A stretch of DNA of 35,276 nt from the NCBI RefSeq assembly GCF_001194135.2, contig NC_068990.1, positions 8,883,075-8,918,350 on the forward strand, written 5' to 3'. The position numbers were made by a program, and so were the translations under genes. The stretch comes from Octopus bimaculoides. Taxonomy: Eukaryota. The notes beneath the pieces are model-generated. The model saw only the letters and a program-made list of their open reading frames with translations, ran no database searches and was not told the origin of the DNA. Position 1 is the first letter of the stretch; each line of letters begins with the position of its first letter. This document shows positions 24,480 through 35,276 of this stretch, piece by piece.

Positions 24480-25073
24480 ACCCAGAACTCACAATACTCA
24501 CTATTGCTCTAATGTTCCAGAATCTATCAGTACCGCCCACAAACTCAACAACAATGATATGGACCTAGAGGACTATTCCATCCCAAGACCTTTCCCCAAA
24601 AAAATCAGTAGGTTTGATGCAGAAACAGTTGTGCTTGTAGGTTACTTCAATGCCCATCACAAAGATTGGACTGGTTAGCGACCACCAGAATTACTGATCG
24701 TTATGCCCAATATACATATTGCTTTCGTTGATGACATGCAGTAATTGAACCAACAGAGAGAAACAATACTCTTGACTTTGTTCAAACGGTCCTGCTTGAA
24801 GAAACCACAACTCTAGCTCATATAAGCTCCTCAAATTGTAGGCCTCAGATTTTGGACGCGAAACTAAGTGTTCTGGCGTGCTGGAATAAATCATATTAAA
24901 GAGAAATCTGATGCTAGAAAATAGAAAACTTTCGAGTCATCCATTACCACTTTATATCAATGGTTCAGTCAATAAACCTTAAACGAAAACATAACTGTAA
25001 TATGAAGAACTAGGTGCCAACAACTATTTGTGATGCTATGCACACTGTAGTATCTCTAATCACACTCACACAC

Positions 25074-25130
<57 letters not shown>

Positions 25131-25660
25131 CGACGGGCTTCTTCCAGTTTCCACTCACAAGGCTTTGGTCGGCCTCAGGCTATAGTAGAGGACACTTGCC
25201 CAATATGCAAACGCAGTGGGATTGAGCCCGGAACCATATAGTTGGGAAACTAGCTTCTTACTATACAGCCGTGTCTGCGCCTATCTATGACAAGCTACTC
25301 TTTAAAAATACAATTCGGCTTCCTACAAACCAATAGCACATATAGCAAGGTTAATTATCATGGTTTTGGACATTAAAGACGCTTTAATAGTGTTTAATAC
25401 TATGATGTTGACACCAAATTGGAATCTAAGGGGTACACGAGAAACTGCTATGTTGCCATCAGAGCTAAATTAGAGGGAAATCAGACAAAGTCAGCCTTTC
25501 ATTTCAAAACAGATACACCACAGATGCAACACCCTTTAGTTTATCTGTTCTTCAAAACTCACTACTTTAGCCACATTTGTTCTCAGTTTTCATTGATGAC
25601 GTAGACGCTGCAAATTAACTGTACCTTTACGCTAATGATTCCATGCTGCTCCAGTGACCA
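24480..25660 (+). mobile_element. Degenerate APE+RT LINE relic (CR1/L2/Jockey group), internally deleted and interrupted by a SINE
   Basis: APE motifs: YQYRPQ, VVLVGYFNAHHKDW (GDFNAHH-like), PTERNNTLDFVQT..LAHISSSNC (24480-24850). RT motifs: VLDIKDA..TKLESKG and FSVFIDDV..LYLYANDSML (YADD-like) (25360-25660). Many stops and frameshifts. Confidence 0.75.
25066..25279 (-). mobile_element. SINE family B 5' half plus (TA)n, inserted inside the LINE relic
   Basis: tacgacgggcttc..ctcacaaggctttggtcggcctcaggctatagtagaggacacttgccc..cccggaacca..acagcc is the reverse complement of the family B head and body. Confidence 0.85.
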
Positions 25661-26184
25661 TCACATGAGGTAACTCAACCTCCGAGGTTTAGGCTTTCAA
25701 AGGACGAGTACACAGATGCCTCTTTTTACGCTCTTCATCATAAATACGGTGAAATAATGAAATGGCCGTTAGAAACCCACAACCAACTATCGTTCATAAT
25801 ATCATGGCATAAAAAGACGTCTCTTCGTAACATGCTTATACAGGAAATTGATTTCATGAGACTATTCTGATCGTCTCTAATTGCAACACCTTCTCCTTCA
25901 TTACCGGAAGTATGTAGTTGTTGTAACTAAGAAGTCAATAGTATTTGTAAATCTAATAGCAAATCAAGATTTAAAATTCGTACAAATGTATAGTGGTAGA
26001 AATTAGTTGATCATAAACTCAATTCTGGCTTTCCTTAAATACTGAACATCGCAAAACAACCGATCATTTTAGATATCTCTACATCCTATTTATATTTATA
26101 GCATGAACCAACGAATGGGGTATTTGTGTTGTTGATAGAAATAGCAGTCAAATTTCATTCACATAAAACTTCACAACTTTTGGC

Positions 26185-26925
26185 CAATGTATTCGAGAAG
26201 TTTTTGTGACTTTTTCAGAAGTTCAAAACGCTATTTTCCTTCAAAGTAGGATCCTCAAACTTCAATTCACTCCAGCCACTTCGGGAAGGCCTCCAAGTAA
26301 GTCTTTTAAATTAAGAGTACCCAGGATCCTTGTTACAGTCTCCTCCTTCTCCTTCAGCTTAAGGTGCAACCAACGCTTACAGGGAGCAAGGCCTGAGCTG
26401 TAGGGAGGATGTAGAACAGATTTGATATCCATTTCTGTCAAGTATTTGGTTACCACGATGGTATCGTGGACTGGTGCACAATCCTGATACAGGTGCTTTG
26501 GCCATTTGCGACGAAATCTTTTCCTGAACTCCGTCAAAACCTCCACAAATTACTCTTTGTTGACCGCCTGACCAGAGAGAATCCAGTGGATGTAAATGAT
26601 TTCCTTGGCGTTGAAAAAGTGGATCATGAGCTTCTTGCTGGACTTGCCTCAGTTGGCCTCTTGCGAGAGAGAAAAACAGATGTTTGGCCTATACAACTTT
26701 ATTCATAAGCAGTCTGTAACATTTCGTAAGTTTCTGTAGCATTTTTATCCAGTTTAACACAAAACTATATTGCATAACGAACTGCCAAGTTGTCTTCATA
26801 TCCTGATTGCATTCTACAAACTAATCCGATATGACAAGCAGTGGCTGTATGCAAAGTGCTGGTGCAGCTATCTCCTTCAACCTGGAATAAAGTTGGCAGG
26901 TCAGCTTATTAGATGTATAGTAATG
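26185..26925 (-). mobile_element. Internally deleted mariner (irritans/HsMar2-like) relic retaining the N-terminal HTH start and catalytic C-terminus
   Basis: MQSGYEDNLAVRYAI*FCVKLDKNATETYEMLQTAY (HTH1) is joined directly to KSSKKLMIHFFNAKEIIYIHW..VNKE*FVEVLTEFRKRFRRK..HLYQDCAPVH..VLHPPYSSGLAPC(K). Spacing from the second Asp to the third catalytic position is 34, but the third Asp is mutated. End coordinates approximate. Confidence 0.9.
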
Positions 26926-29199
26926 ATATATTAAAGTTACAATAATCTCCTAAATATTTCTCAAAGCCTCTAGAATCCACCTTTCTAGGTACACTAGGTC
27001 TTAAAGCAATCTGGGTTGTGCATGGCTGAAATGCCTTTGATCATGGGTGTAGTGGATCAGAATTAACCTGGAACAGGATTAAAATAGTCTAGATGCAACT
27101 AGATGCTTGTGACGGTTTTAGTTTGTTCACGGTTGGTGAAACGCAGAGTGTATAACAAGATACAAACTATTGATTCTTCTTCAACCGATAATCCTGCTCT
27201 CTATCGATTCCACTATATGAGATTCTCTAATTGATTTGAACTCAAAACTAGAAGAGATGAAACTAAATATAAGCTAGTTAATCCGTTGTCTCTATCATGT
27301 CTGCCTCTACACGTTTCTTTCACTATATAATGTCAATAAAACAAACATCAAGAGAAATGAAGTAAGACAGAATATGAAAAGCAGTAATGACAACAAAAAT
27401 GTGAAAATTAAATTAGTAAATAAATAAAATTATCTTAAAATATTTAATAAACAACATCAATATGAATTGAAATAAAAACGAAATAATCTTTTAGCATGGA
27501 ACTAAAAGTGAAATTATAAATATAACAATTAGACAGGAAATATAAATAAAACAAGACAGATAAAACGCGATTTACACTGAAAAGAGGTTTAAAATTTAAT
27601 AAAAGTTTAATTGAAAAAATTTGAATTGAAAGGAAAATAAACTTGAAAATTAAAAACAGAATATAATACAATATAGATGAAATATTTTTGAAATAAAATT
27701 AGAAACAAATACAATTTAAAATAAATGTGCTATAATGATCTACAAAAAATTTTGAAACGCTGAATAAAGGTAAACAAAATTAATTAACGTTTCAAATGAA
27801 TTACTGAAAAATAATTTAATTAAAAAAATACTGAATATCCTAGAAAATAAACATCAAAATAATAAAACAAATTTAATTACGCGTGTGTAAATGTATCGGT
27901 GTTTGTATAACCATATAAATATATATATATATATTTATATTGATAAACAGAAAAATTATTATATTGATAACAAACATACTCAGGGCTGAACTCATTATGG
28001 GAAGCAAACACATTCATTGTGGATTGGTGCACGTATAAGATTTAATAGTAACTTTGAAACTTCACCATGTGAGGATTTTCAAACTGTCGTAACAAATGGG
28101 GGTCTGTTGCAAGAAATATGAAGTTTAAACCTAGGTTAAATCTAACATAGTAGAGTAATAAGTGGCCGAAAAAGTAAAACAAGAAAATGATTTTTGTAAT
28201 TTTGTAATTCATTACTAAAGAAAGGGATTGAAAAGGCAACGGGATTAAATCTGCTTAAAAAGGATTACCGAAGAATGTCAGACAACAGAGGTCATAAGAG
28301 GTTAGTAGTAAAATATTTAGATGTGTCAAAGGAGAGAGAATGATCACAAATAGCTTAGCTGGTCTAGGTTCAACCTCACTCATGTAATACATATACATTG
28401 GTTATGTAACATAAGACATTGAAAAAGAAGAATTTTTTTCATTCAGTGAGTTTTATGTGAAAACAGTCGCGTTTGATTCATCATGCTTTGTTAGATTGTC
28501 ATGTTAAAACACGATGGTTTGAACTATATCTCCAGCTTAACATTTGATTTTCAATTCTTTTGTTTCAATATTTTAAATAAAACTATATTTTTATTCACTT
28601 GGTTTCGTTGTGACAAAATAGTTATAGTGGTTTATGTTATAAATTTATATTTTACACAAACTATGCACATGTAACAATTTCGCTTGGAGCGTATACCATC
28701 AGTTCAAAACGATTTCATGTTTTATTCTTTGGCTTCAGTTTGTCGGGCACATACAAGAACGGAGCCTGTACAAGCCAATGTGCAAGAAATAACAACTAAA
28801 TCATACCCAATTTTCTTAGAAAGATACGTTGGTTCATGTTTCCTCCACTTAGGTGAAAAATGCTATGCCCATAGCAGGAATGCTTTTGATCATTTATCAG
28901 AGTTGTTTTTCGATCAGAGTTGTTTTGGGACTAAACAATATCTGCATCGTTCCAATGTTAGTATATCTACTGCCGAAGCAAGTATCTGGAACTAAACGAT
29001 ATTAGCAACAAAACACGATTGCTCATAGTGGTTTTAGAACCAATTGTTATATTTTAGATACAAGCATTGTGTACAAGTGTCTTTGAAAATTTTGTGAAAA
29101 TACGTTCATGAAATTGGAAATATGAAAATATAAAAAGAAACAAGTAATACTGAGAGAACATTTTTACATATACCGTCAAATGAGTTTAACCTTTGGGTC

Positions 29200-30010
29200 A
29201 TTCAGTCAATGCAGACCAGTTATTTAAAACAAAACTATAAAGCAAATAACAAAAAGCTTTTTATATGAATATTTTCCTTCTAAATCAGAATTAAGAAGAA
29301 ACAAATGAACGGTGTTAAAATCATTAATCCATAGTTAGCATACATTATTGATAACCTTCAGTATACAAGCTCATACAATGATCGGAGATAGTCATATTAT
29401 GTTATGAAATTTTGCTCATGCTAAACATCATACTGTGATGGGGAATTTGGTAAGAAGAATACTGGTGGAGTTGTTGCAGTGTTAGATACAAAAAGAAACC
29501 CAGAACTTCAACGATTAATAGCACAAACATCAACTTTATGCCACGTTCTAAAGTGTCGCATCTCCAAAATAAGGGCTGATAACGCAGGCAAAATGGAAAA
29601 TGATTTAAAGAACTCCTTTGCATTCAGCTTATCCCTTAAATAATCTATAGATAAAAGAAACAACCCCCAACTAGCAGTATTTGTTTCTTACGATTCCTCT
29701 GCTATCACTGAAAAGAAAGTAACATTAAAATAACTGGTGGTGTTAACTTTAAAAATGAGCTTAGCAAAGCCTTAATAAAACCTGGTGTTTTATTGAACAG
29801 AATCAACAGCGTTGCAACAGACGGAACAACTGCAATGATGAAGAAATGCAGTACATTTAAATTAATTGGCTTCAATAACTAGCTGCCAGATAATCAAATA
29901 TGAAAGTCTGATGAAATTCATCCACCAAACTTACAATTCCATACGTTTAACTGTGAAGACCCAACGACATCTCAGAAATATTATTTAAAATACTGAAGCC
30001 TGAAGATAAA
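29200..30010 (+). mobile_element. hAT (Charlie/Buster; GTF2IRD2/EPM2AIP1-like) transposase relic
   Basis: YCDGEFGKKNTGGVVAVLDTKRNPELQRLIAQTST..RISKIRADNAGKMENDLKNSFAFSLSLK*SIDKRNNPQLAVFVSY and later LNRINSVATDGTTAMM. These match the family motifs 'DGEF.K', 'FSLALDESTD...QLAVF' and 'SVATDGA.AM'. The first catalytic DE is mutated. Not in the ORF track. Confidence 0.85.
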
Positions 30011-30254
30011 CCGAGTAATGTTTTTTTTGTTTTTTTTTAGCGCATTTTAAAGTAGCTGTCTACCAACAATGTCTTGGGTAGGTTTGCGGATCTTTTGGAG
30101 CCGATTATTACTTGCAAGAAAAAAATAAACACATTGTCAACTGCAATGGTATAATGTATCATCAACATTGTTGGTATAATGTATCATCAACAAATTGAGA
30201 ATTTGGCAACCCATGGAAAGGAGAATATTGTTTCCGAGCTAATCTTTCTTTAAC

Positions 30255-30424
30255 TTGTTTAGTCATTAGATTATGGCCATGCTGGGGCACCGCTCTGAAG
30301 AATTTTAGTTGAATGAATCGACTCAAGTACTTATTGTTTAAAACTTGGAACTTACCCTAGCGGACTCTTTTGCCGAACACCTGAGTAACGCGGACGTAAA
30401 CACACCAACAGCGGTGGTCAAATG
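30255..30424 (-). mobile_element. SINE family B 3' half
   Basis: ggccatgctggggcaccgc..aatcgactcaagtacttatt..ttttgccgaac..ggacgtaaacacaccaaca. Confidence 0.75.
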
Positions 30425-30504
30425 TTTCCAAAAGACAAAATTGTGAGGAAACTTCAGTCACTTAAATTCATATTCTATTCTAACATATGAAAAATGATAA
30501 GAAG

Positions 30505-30568
30505 TTTGTTTCCCAACCACTTGATTCTGACTTCAGTCTGACTGCGTGACACCTTGGGCAAGTATCTC
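30505..30568 (+). mobile_element. SINE family B head fragment
   Basis: cccaaccac..ttcagtc..actgcgtgacaccttgggcaagtatct. Confidence 0.6.
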
Positions 30569-30726
30569 AGAAAAAAGAGTAAATGCATTCCCTGATATAT
30601 TGAGATGAAAGATTTCAATAAAAGACTGGAAGAAGAATAAAATATGAATTAAAAAAGGCCATTTGGCAATTACCTATTTAAGCTTGATAACTTGCTGAAA
30701 CTACCTCTAGAATATGGGTTCGGAGT

Positions 30727-31093
30727 TACTCTTTTATTCTTTTACTTGTTTCAGTCAATTGACTGCGGCCATGCTGGAGCACCGCCTTTAGTCGAGCAAA
30801 TCGACCCCAGGACTTATTCTTTGGAAGCCTAGTACTTATTCTATCGGTCTTTTTTGCCGAACCGCTAAATTACGGGGACGAAAACACACCACCATCGGTT
30901 CTCAAGCGATGTTGTGGGGAACAAACACAGACACACAAAACACACACACACACATATATATATACATATATACGACGGGCTTCGTTCAGTTTTCGTCTAC
31001 CAAATCCACTCACAAGGCTTTGGTCGGCCCTAGGCTATAGTAGAATGAACCCGGAACCATGTGGTTGGTAAGCAAGCTACTTACCACACAGCC
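30727..31093 (-). mobile_element. SINE family B, near full length and little diverged
   Basis: Matches the reverse complement of the 8840-9310 copy along its length, with a short internal (CA)/(TA) tract and a deletion in the head. Confidence 0.92.
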
Positions 31094-31641
31094 AAAACTA
31101 TAAAACAGGTCCCTTAATTTGAAAATGAAGGTTTCGTTTGTAGCAAGCAACATTATAAAGTGAATCGGATGTATCGTAGTACTAAGTTGGGATTGAAATG
31201 TGTTATGATTTAAAATTCATGTTTTAAATAAAGTATTTCATTCATATTTTGCAAAAAATCTTTTATTTAACTTAATTAGTTGTAAATCTTTATGTATACA
31301 AATTACAGTAATTTATATCTAATTAGTAAGAATGATAGACGTATTTCTAAAGTAATAAAATTAACAACAATTTCGTATTTATTGCTAACCGATTGAAAAT
31401 AGCAAAGAAAAGAGTAACAATATATTTTTCTAGACAAAACGTATTTTTATGGGTTTCACACTAAAACCAATATTTTGTAACATATATGATTTACATAGTG
31501 TCCAGTACAATTAAAATGCCATATAGTACTAAGAAATTAAGTGTTGATTGCTATCAAAATAGATTATATTTGAAACCGTACACACCCATATACCCCACAC
31601 ATATATTTGCGATAATTATATTTATGATATTATTATTATTA

Positions 31642-31646
<5 letters not shown>

Positions 31647-31737
<91 letters not shown>

Positions 31738-31750
31738 TGATGATGATGAT
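31647..31750. repeat. (ATT)13-(AAT)16-(GAT)5 microsatellite forming a perfect palindrome
   Basis: Counted directly; centre of symmetry TTAA at 31686-31689. Confidence 0.95.
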
Positions 31751-32890
31751 AATCGGCAGGAGTTACAGAGTATCTCAGGAGGTTAGGGGTCTCACGCATT
31801 GGTCAAAGCACAACATTCTCGGCGTTTAAGTCACTCTGTAACTTGGGCCAACCAATATATATTCCTTTCGACAGAAAGGAACACAGAAATAAACAGTGAG
31901 AGAAAATAGAAAAAGGTTTAATGGCTAGCAATCTATCATGGTGAATGCTGGACAGATATATATATATATATTTAAAACAATGATAATTTAAAACAATGAT
32001 AATTTATGTAAGATGTTTTTTGTATATAATATACATGTTATTATAATGGATGAAGGGATGATTATTGAATGGTTATTATTTTGATATTATGATATTTTTT
32101 AAATAATTTTTCTATCTTTATATAATAAGTATTTCATATTAATTCATTTGGTACTTATTGTTGGTTGAGATATATATCTAATTATTGTTCTACTTACGAT
32201 CTGACGAGTAGCTATATTTTTGAATAGAACTTATTTTCGATAATTTCAATTGATTTTAATCGATTTAAATTTCTTTTCTATTTGAAAATTNNNNNNNNNN
32301 NNNNNNNNNNNNNNNNNNNNNNNNNNNNNNNNNNNNNNNNNNNNNNNNNNNNNNNNNNNNNNNNNNNNNNNNNNNNNNNNNNNNNNNNNNNNNNNNNNNN
32401 NNNNNNNNNNNNNNNNNNNNNNNNNNNNNNNNNNNNNNNNNNNNNNNNNNNNNNNNNNNNNNNNNNNNNNNNNNNNNNNNNNNNNNNNNNNNNNNNNNNN
32501 NNNNNNNNNNNNNNNNNNNNNNNNNNNNNNNNNNNNNNNNNNNNNNNNNNNNNNNNNNNNNNNNNNNNNNNNNNNNNNNNNNNNNNNNNNNNNNNNNNNN
32601 NNNNNNNNNNNNNNNNNNNNNNNNNNNNNNNNNNNNNNNNNNNNNNNNNCCTCCTCATTTTTGCGATTATCAAAGAATATGTATATGTATTTTTCCATAT
32701 ATGTATTTTCATACTTACACTGTTTTAAACATTTTCATCTGATTATCAGAGAATGTGTGATAATCAGTATGTAACACTACAAAGTTCATTCAAAGCTTTA
32801 TACTTTAAATATATTCCTCTTATCATCAAAGAATGTCTATATGCATTTTAATATTCAAACTGTTTTTTAACATTTTTTATTATTCTCCTA

Positions 32891-32962
32891 CCGGAGCCTC
32901 GTGGAGCTTTAGGTGTTTTCGCTCAATAAACACTCACAACGCCCGGTCTGGGAATCGAAATC
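32891..32962 (-). mobile_element. Fragment of a third tRNA-derived SINE
   Basis: Minus strand gatttcgattcccagaccgggcgttgtgagtg..: B-box-like sequence followed by a GC-richer body. Confidence 0.45.
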
Positions 32963-33699
32963 ATCTACTGCACTTGATTCCATTCCCAGTCGTCTTGACA
33001 TGACCTTGGCACTGGAATAAAGATAATCACAGACGAGAGAGTGAGATTGTCGGTGCACAACTCTTATTCACTTTAAAGAAAGTCACTGCGATTGTCATCA
33101 CTTATCCTTAATGGTCAAAAGATGGTCCTCATCGCTCCGGCGGACGAATATCATAAGCAAATTATAAATTAGCAAAGGCAGGAATTAAAGGAATTTATGA
33201 TTGGTAGCGTTTGGTCTATCAAACGGCTTAGCAAAACAGGGTTTGACATAAAATATCAGACAATTTAAAAATGAGCTGTTTTGGCAATTGTAACAAATTA
33301 TTTCATATTTATGAAACCTATTGAAAGGAAAATAATATCAACAGCATACTTTGAAAATATATTTGTAAATATTTAATTTAAGTCCATTGTAGCTCTACTT
33401 AATGATGAAAGTATTGAACTACGAGTGAATGAACTCGGGGTATTATGTTTTGCATAATAAATAATTATTTAGAACTTAGTAAGACTGTATATATAAGTAT
33501 GTGGCAAGCATAGCTGATCAGATGGTTTTTATAGAGCAGTGTCTAGTATTGTTGGAATTATAAATCATGGACTTACTATACAATACTTCTCTCAAAATAG
33601 CATCATTCCTCACAACTGATGTTCAAGACGAACATACATGTATATATGAATGTGTGTGTGTGTACATACCTATATGTATATATACATATATGAGTGTGC

Positions 33700-33713
<14 letters not shown>

Positions 33714-33754
<41 letters not shown>

Positions 33755-34468
33755 TACCTACATATATACACGCATATGTATGTGCGACATGTATGCATGT
33801 ATGTAGATATATATATGCGTGTATACATAAGTGTGTGAGTACATATATGTGTGTATATATATATGTATGTGTGAGTACCNNNNNNNNNNNNNNNNNNNNN
33901 NNNNNNNNNNNNNNNNNNNNNNNNNNNNNNNNNNNNNNNNNNNNNNNNNNNNNNNNNNNNNNNNNNNNNNNNNNNNNNNNNNNNNNNNNNNNNNNNNNNN
34001 NNNNNNNNNNNNNNNNNNNNNNNNNNNNNNNNNNNNNNNNNNNNNNNNNNNNNNNNNNNNNNNNNNNNNNNNNNNNNNNNNNNNNNNNNNNNNNNNNNNN
34101 NNNNNNNNNNNNNNNNNNNNNNNNNNNNNNNNNNNNNNNNNNNNNNNNNNNNNNNNNNNNNNNNNNNNNNNNNNNNNNNNNNNNNNNNNNNNNNNNNNNN
34201 NNNNNNNNNNNNNNNNNNNNNNNNNNNNNNNNNNNNNNNNNNNNNNNNNNNNNNNNNNNNNNNNNNNNNNNNNNNNNNNNNNNNNNNNNNNNNNNNNNNN
34301 NNNNNNNNNNNNNNNNNNNNNNNNNNNNNNNNNNNNNNNNNNNNNNNNNNNNNNNNNNNNNNNNNNNNNNNNNNNNNNNNNNNNNNNNNNNNNNNNNNNN
34401 NNNNNNNNNNNNNNNNNNNNNNNNNNNNNNNNNNNNNNNNNNNNNNNNNNNNNNNNNNNNNNNNNNNN

Positions 34469-34511
<43 letters not shown>

Positions 34512-35063
34512 TCGTCTATCTGGATGTTTTCCCTCCTCTTTTCACTTAACTGTGTCCCTGTCATTTTTTCTCGCCCCTCCTTATTTCTTCTGTCCCTCTG
34601 CCTCTACCTCTCTATTCTCTCCCCACGTGACCGGTGTTCGGCCAAGCCTGACCTATCTTTCTTGGTTCTATATTCTTCTCTGTGCCAGTGAAATCTTGTA
34701 TCCCTGCCGTAAGGCTTTACTTCCACACACGCCAGCTTAATTTAATTCGTCCTTAGTCGAAAGACACCTGTTGTTATGTCCTGTTATTTGTATTTGTGTA
34801 ACTTTCTCCGTTTTTTTCGTCCTTGTTTTCGTATACATTCGCTGCTTTCTTCCAAGGAATCTAATGCTCGTAGCTTAGTCTTCCCTTGGGTCTGGCCAGA
34901 TTGGAGCAATCTCGAGTAATACCAGCCGAAATTGAAAAGATAATCAGGAACTCGACTGAGGAAAGAAAACTCCGAATGTCCCATCCTTGTTTCCTTTGTG
35001 CCATCTATCTGGATGTTTTGTTTTCCCTTTCTTGTATCACCTACCTGTCTGGANNNNNNNNNN

Positions 35064-35104
<41 letters not shown>

Positions 35105-35229
35105 TACCTACATATATACACGCATATGTATGTGCGACATGTATGCATGTATGTAGATATATATATGCGTGTATACATAAGTGTGTGAGTACATATATGT
35201 GTGTATATATATATGTATGTGTGAGTACC
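33714..35229. repeat. Identical 166-bp direct repeat (33714-33879 = 35064-35229), each copy abutting a gap; contains a 121-bp-period minisatellite
   Basis: Offset 1350. tgagtaccta.. recurs at 35101 and, diverged, at 35222. Confidence 0.88.
34510..35053. mobile_element. Dispersed repeat unit of about 490 bp with a terminal direct repeat (tctatctggatgtttt at 34515 and 35004); class uncertain
   Basis: Direct repeat seen in sequence; higher GC than the flanks; sits next to (TA)n between two gaps. I recall similar sequence as a common octopus repeat but cannot verify this. Confidence 0.5.
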
Positions 35230-35276
35230 TACGTATATACACGCATGTGTATGTGCGTCATGTATGCATGTATATA

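Noticed and set aside
28684-28995. 103-aa plus-strand ORF
   Set aside because: No recognisable motif or convincing splice context. It contains a 14-bp local tandem duplication (28896/28913) typical of neutral DNA.
30147-30192. 21-bp direct repeat, period 25
   Set aside because: Two copies only; ordinary slippage duplication, not CRISPR-like. The same applies to the short duplication near 31972-32005.
32201-32232. CTGACGA followed by gctat..atag and gaac
   Set aside because: No GAAA, no G-C closing pair and no cleavage triplet; not a hammerhead. Other CTGANGA hits (about 3442, 10445, 17345, 29908) also lack stem II plus GAAA.

Overview
AT-rich, repeat-saturated eukaryotic non-coding DNA with 10 N-gaps. 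The SINE families and (TA)n/(TG)n/(GATA)n load point to a cephalopod, most likely an Octopus short-read assembly (inference from recalled repeat families, not a database result). I found no intact protein-coding gene, tRNA/rRNA gene or CRISPR array. Most entries in the ORF track are microsatellite or N-gap artefacts. The recognisable coding sequence is all transposon relics: an R4/Dong-type RLE LINE 3' end (about 317-1145, -), two different mariner relics (9506-9895, -; 26185-26925, -), an APE+RT LINE relic split by a SINE (24480-25660, +), a hAT/Charlie-type transposase relic missed by the ORF track (29200-30010, +) and a possible piggyBac scrap. Two tRNA-derived SINE families are abundant: one includes a 4-copy head-to-tail array, the other carries an internal microsatellite. 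The best hunt result is a minimal type-I hammerhead ribozyme motif on the minus strand (10722-10835). It has an intact catalytic core, a palindromic stem-III loop of the Penelope/retrozyme kind and an unusually long stem II, but a broken stem I. Weaker leads are a signal-peptide-like exon, an Asp/Glu-rich open frame, a phase-compatible exon chain, a foldback MITE and an 82-bp perfect AT palindrome.
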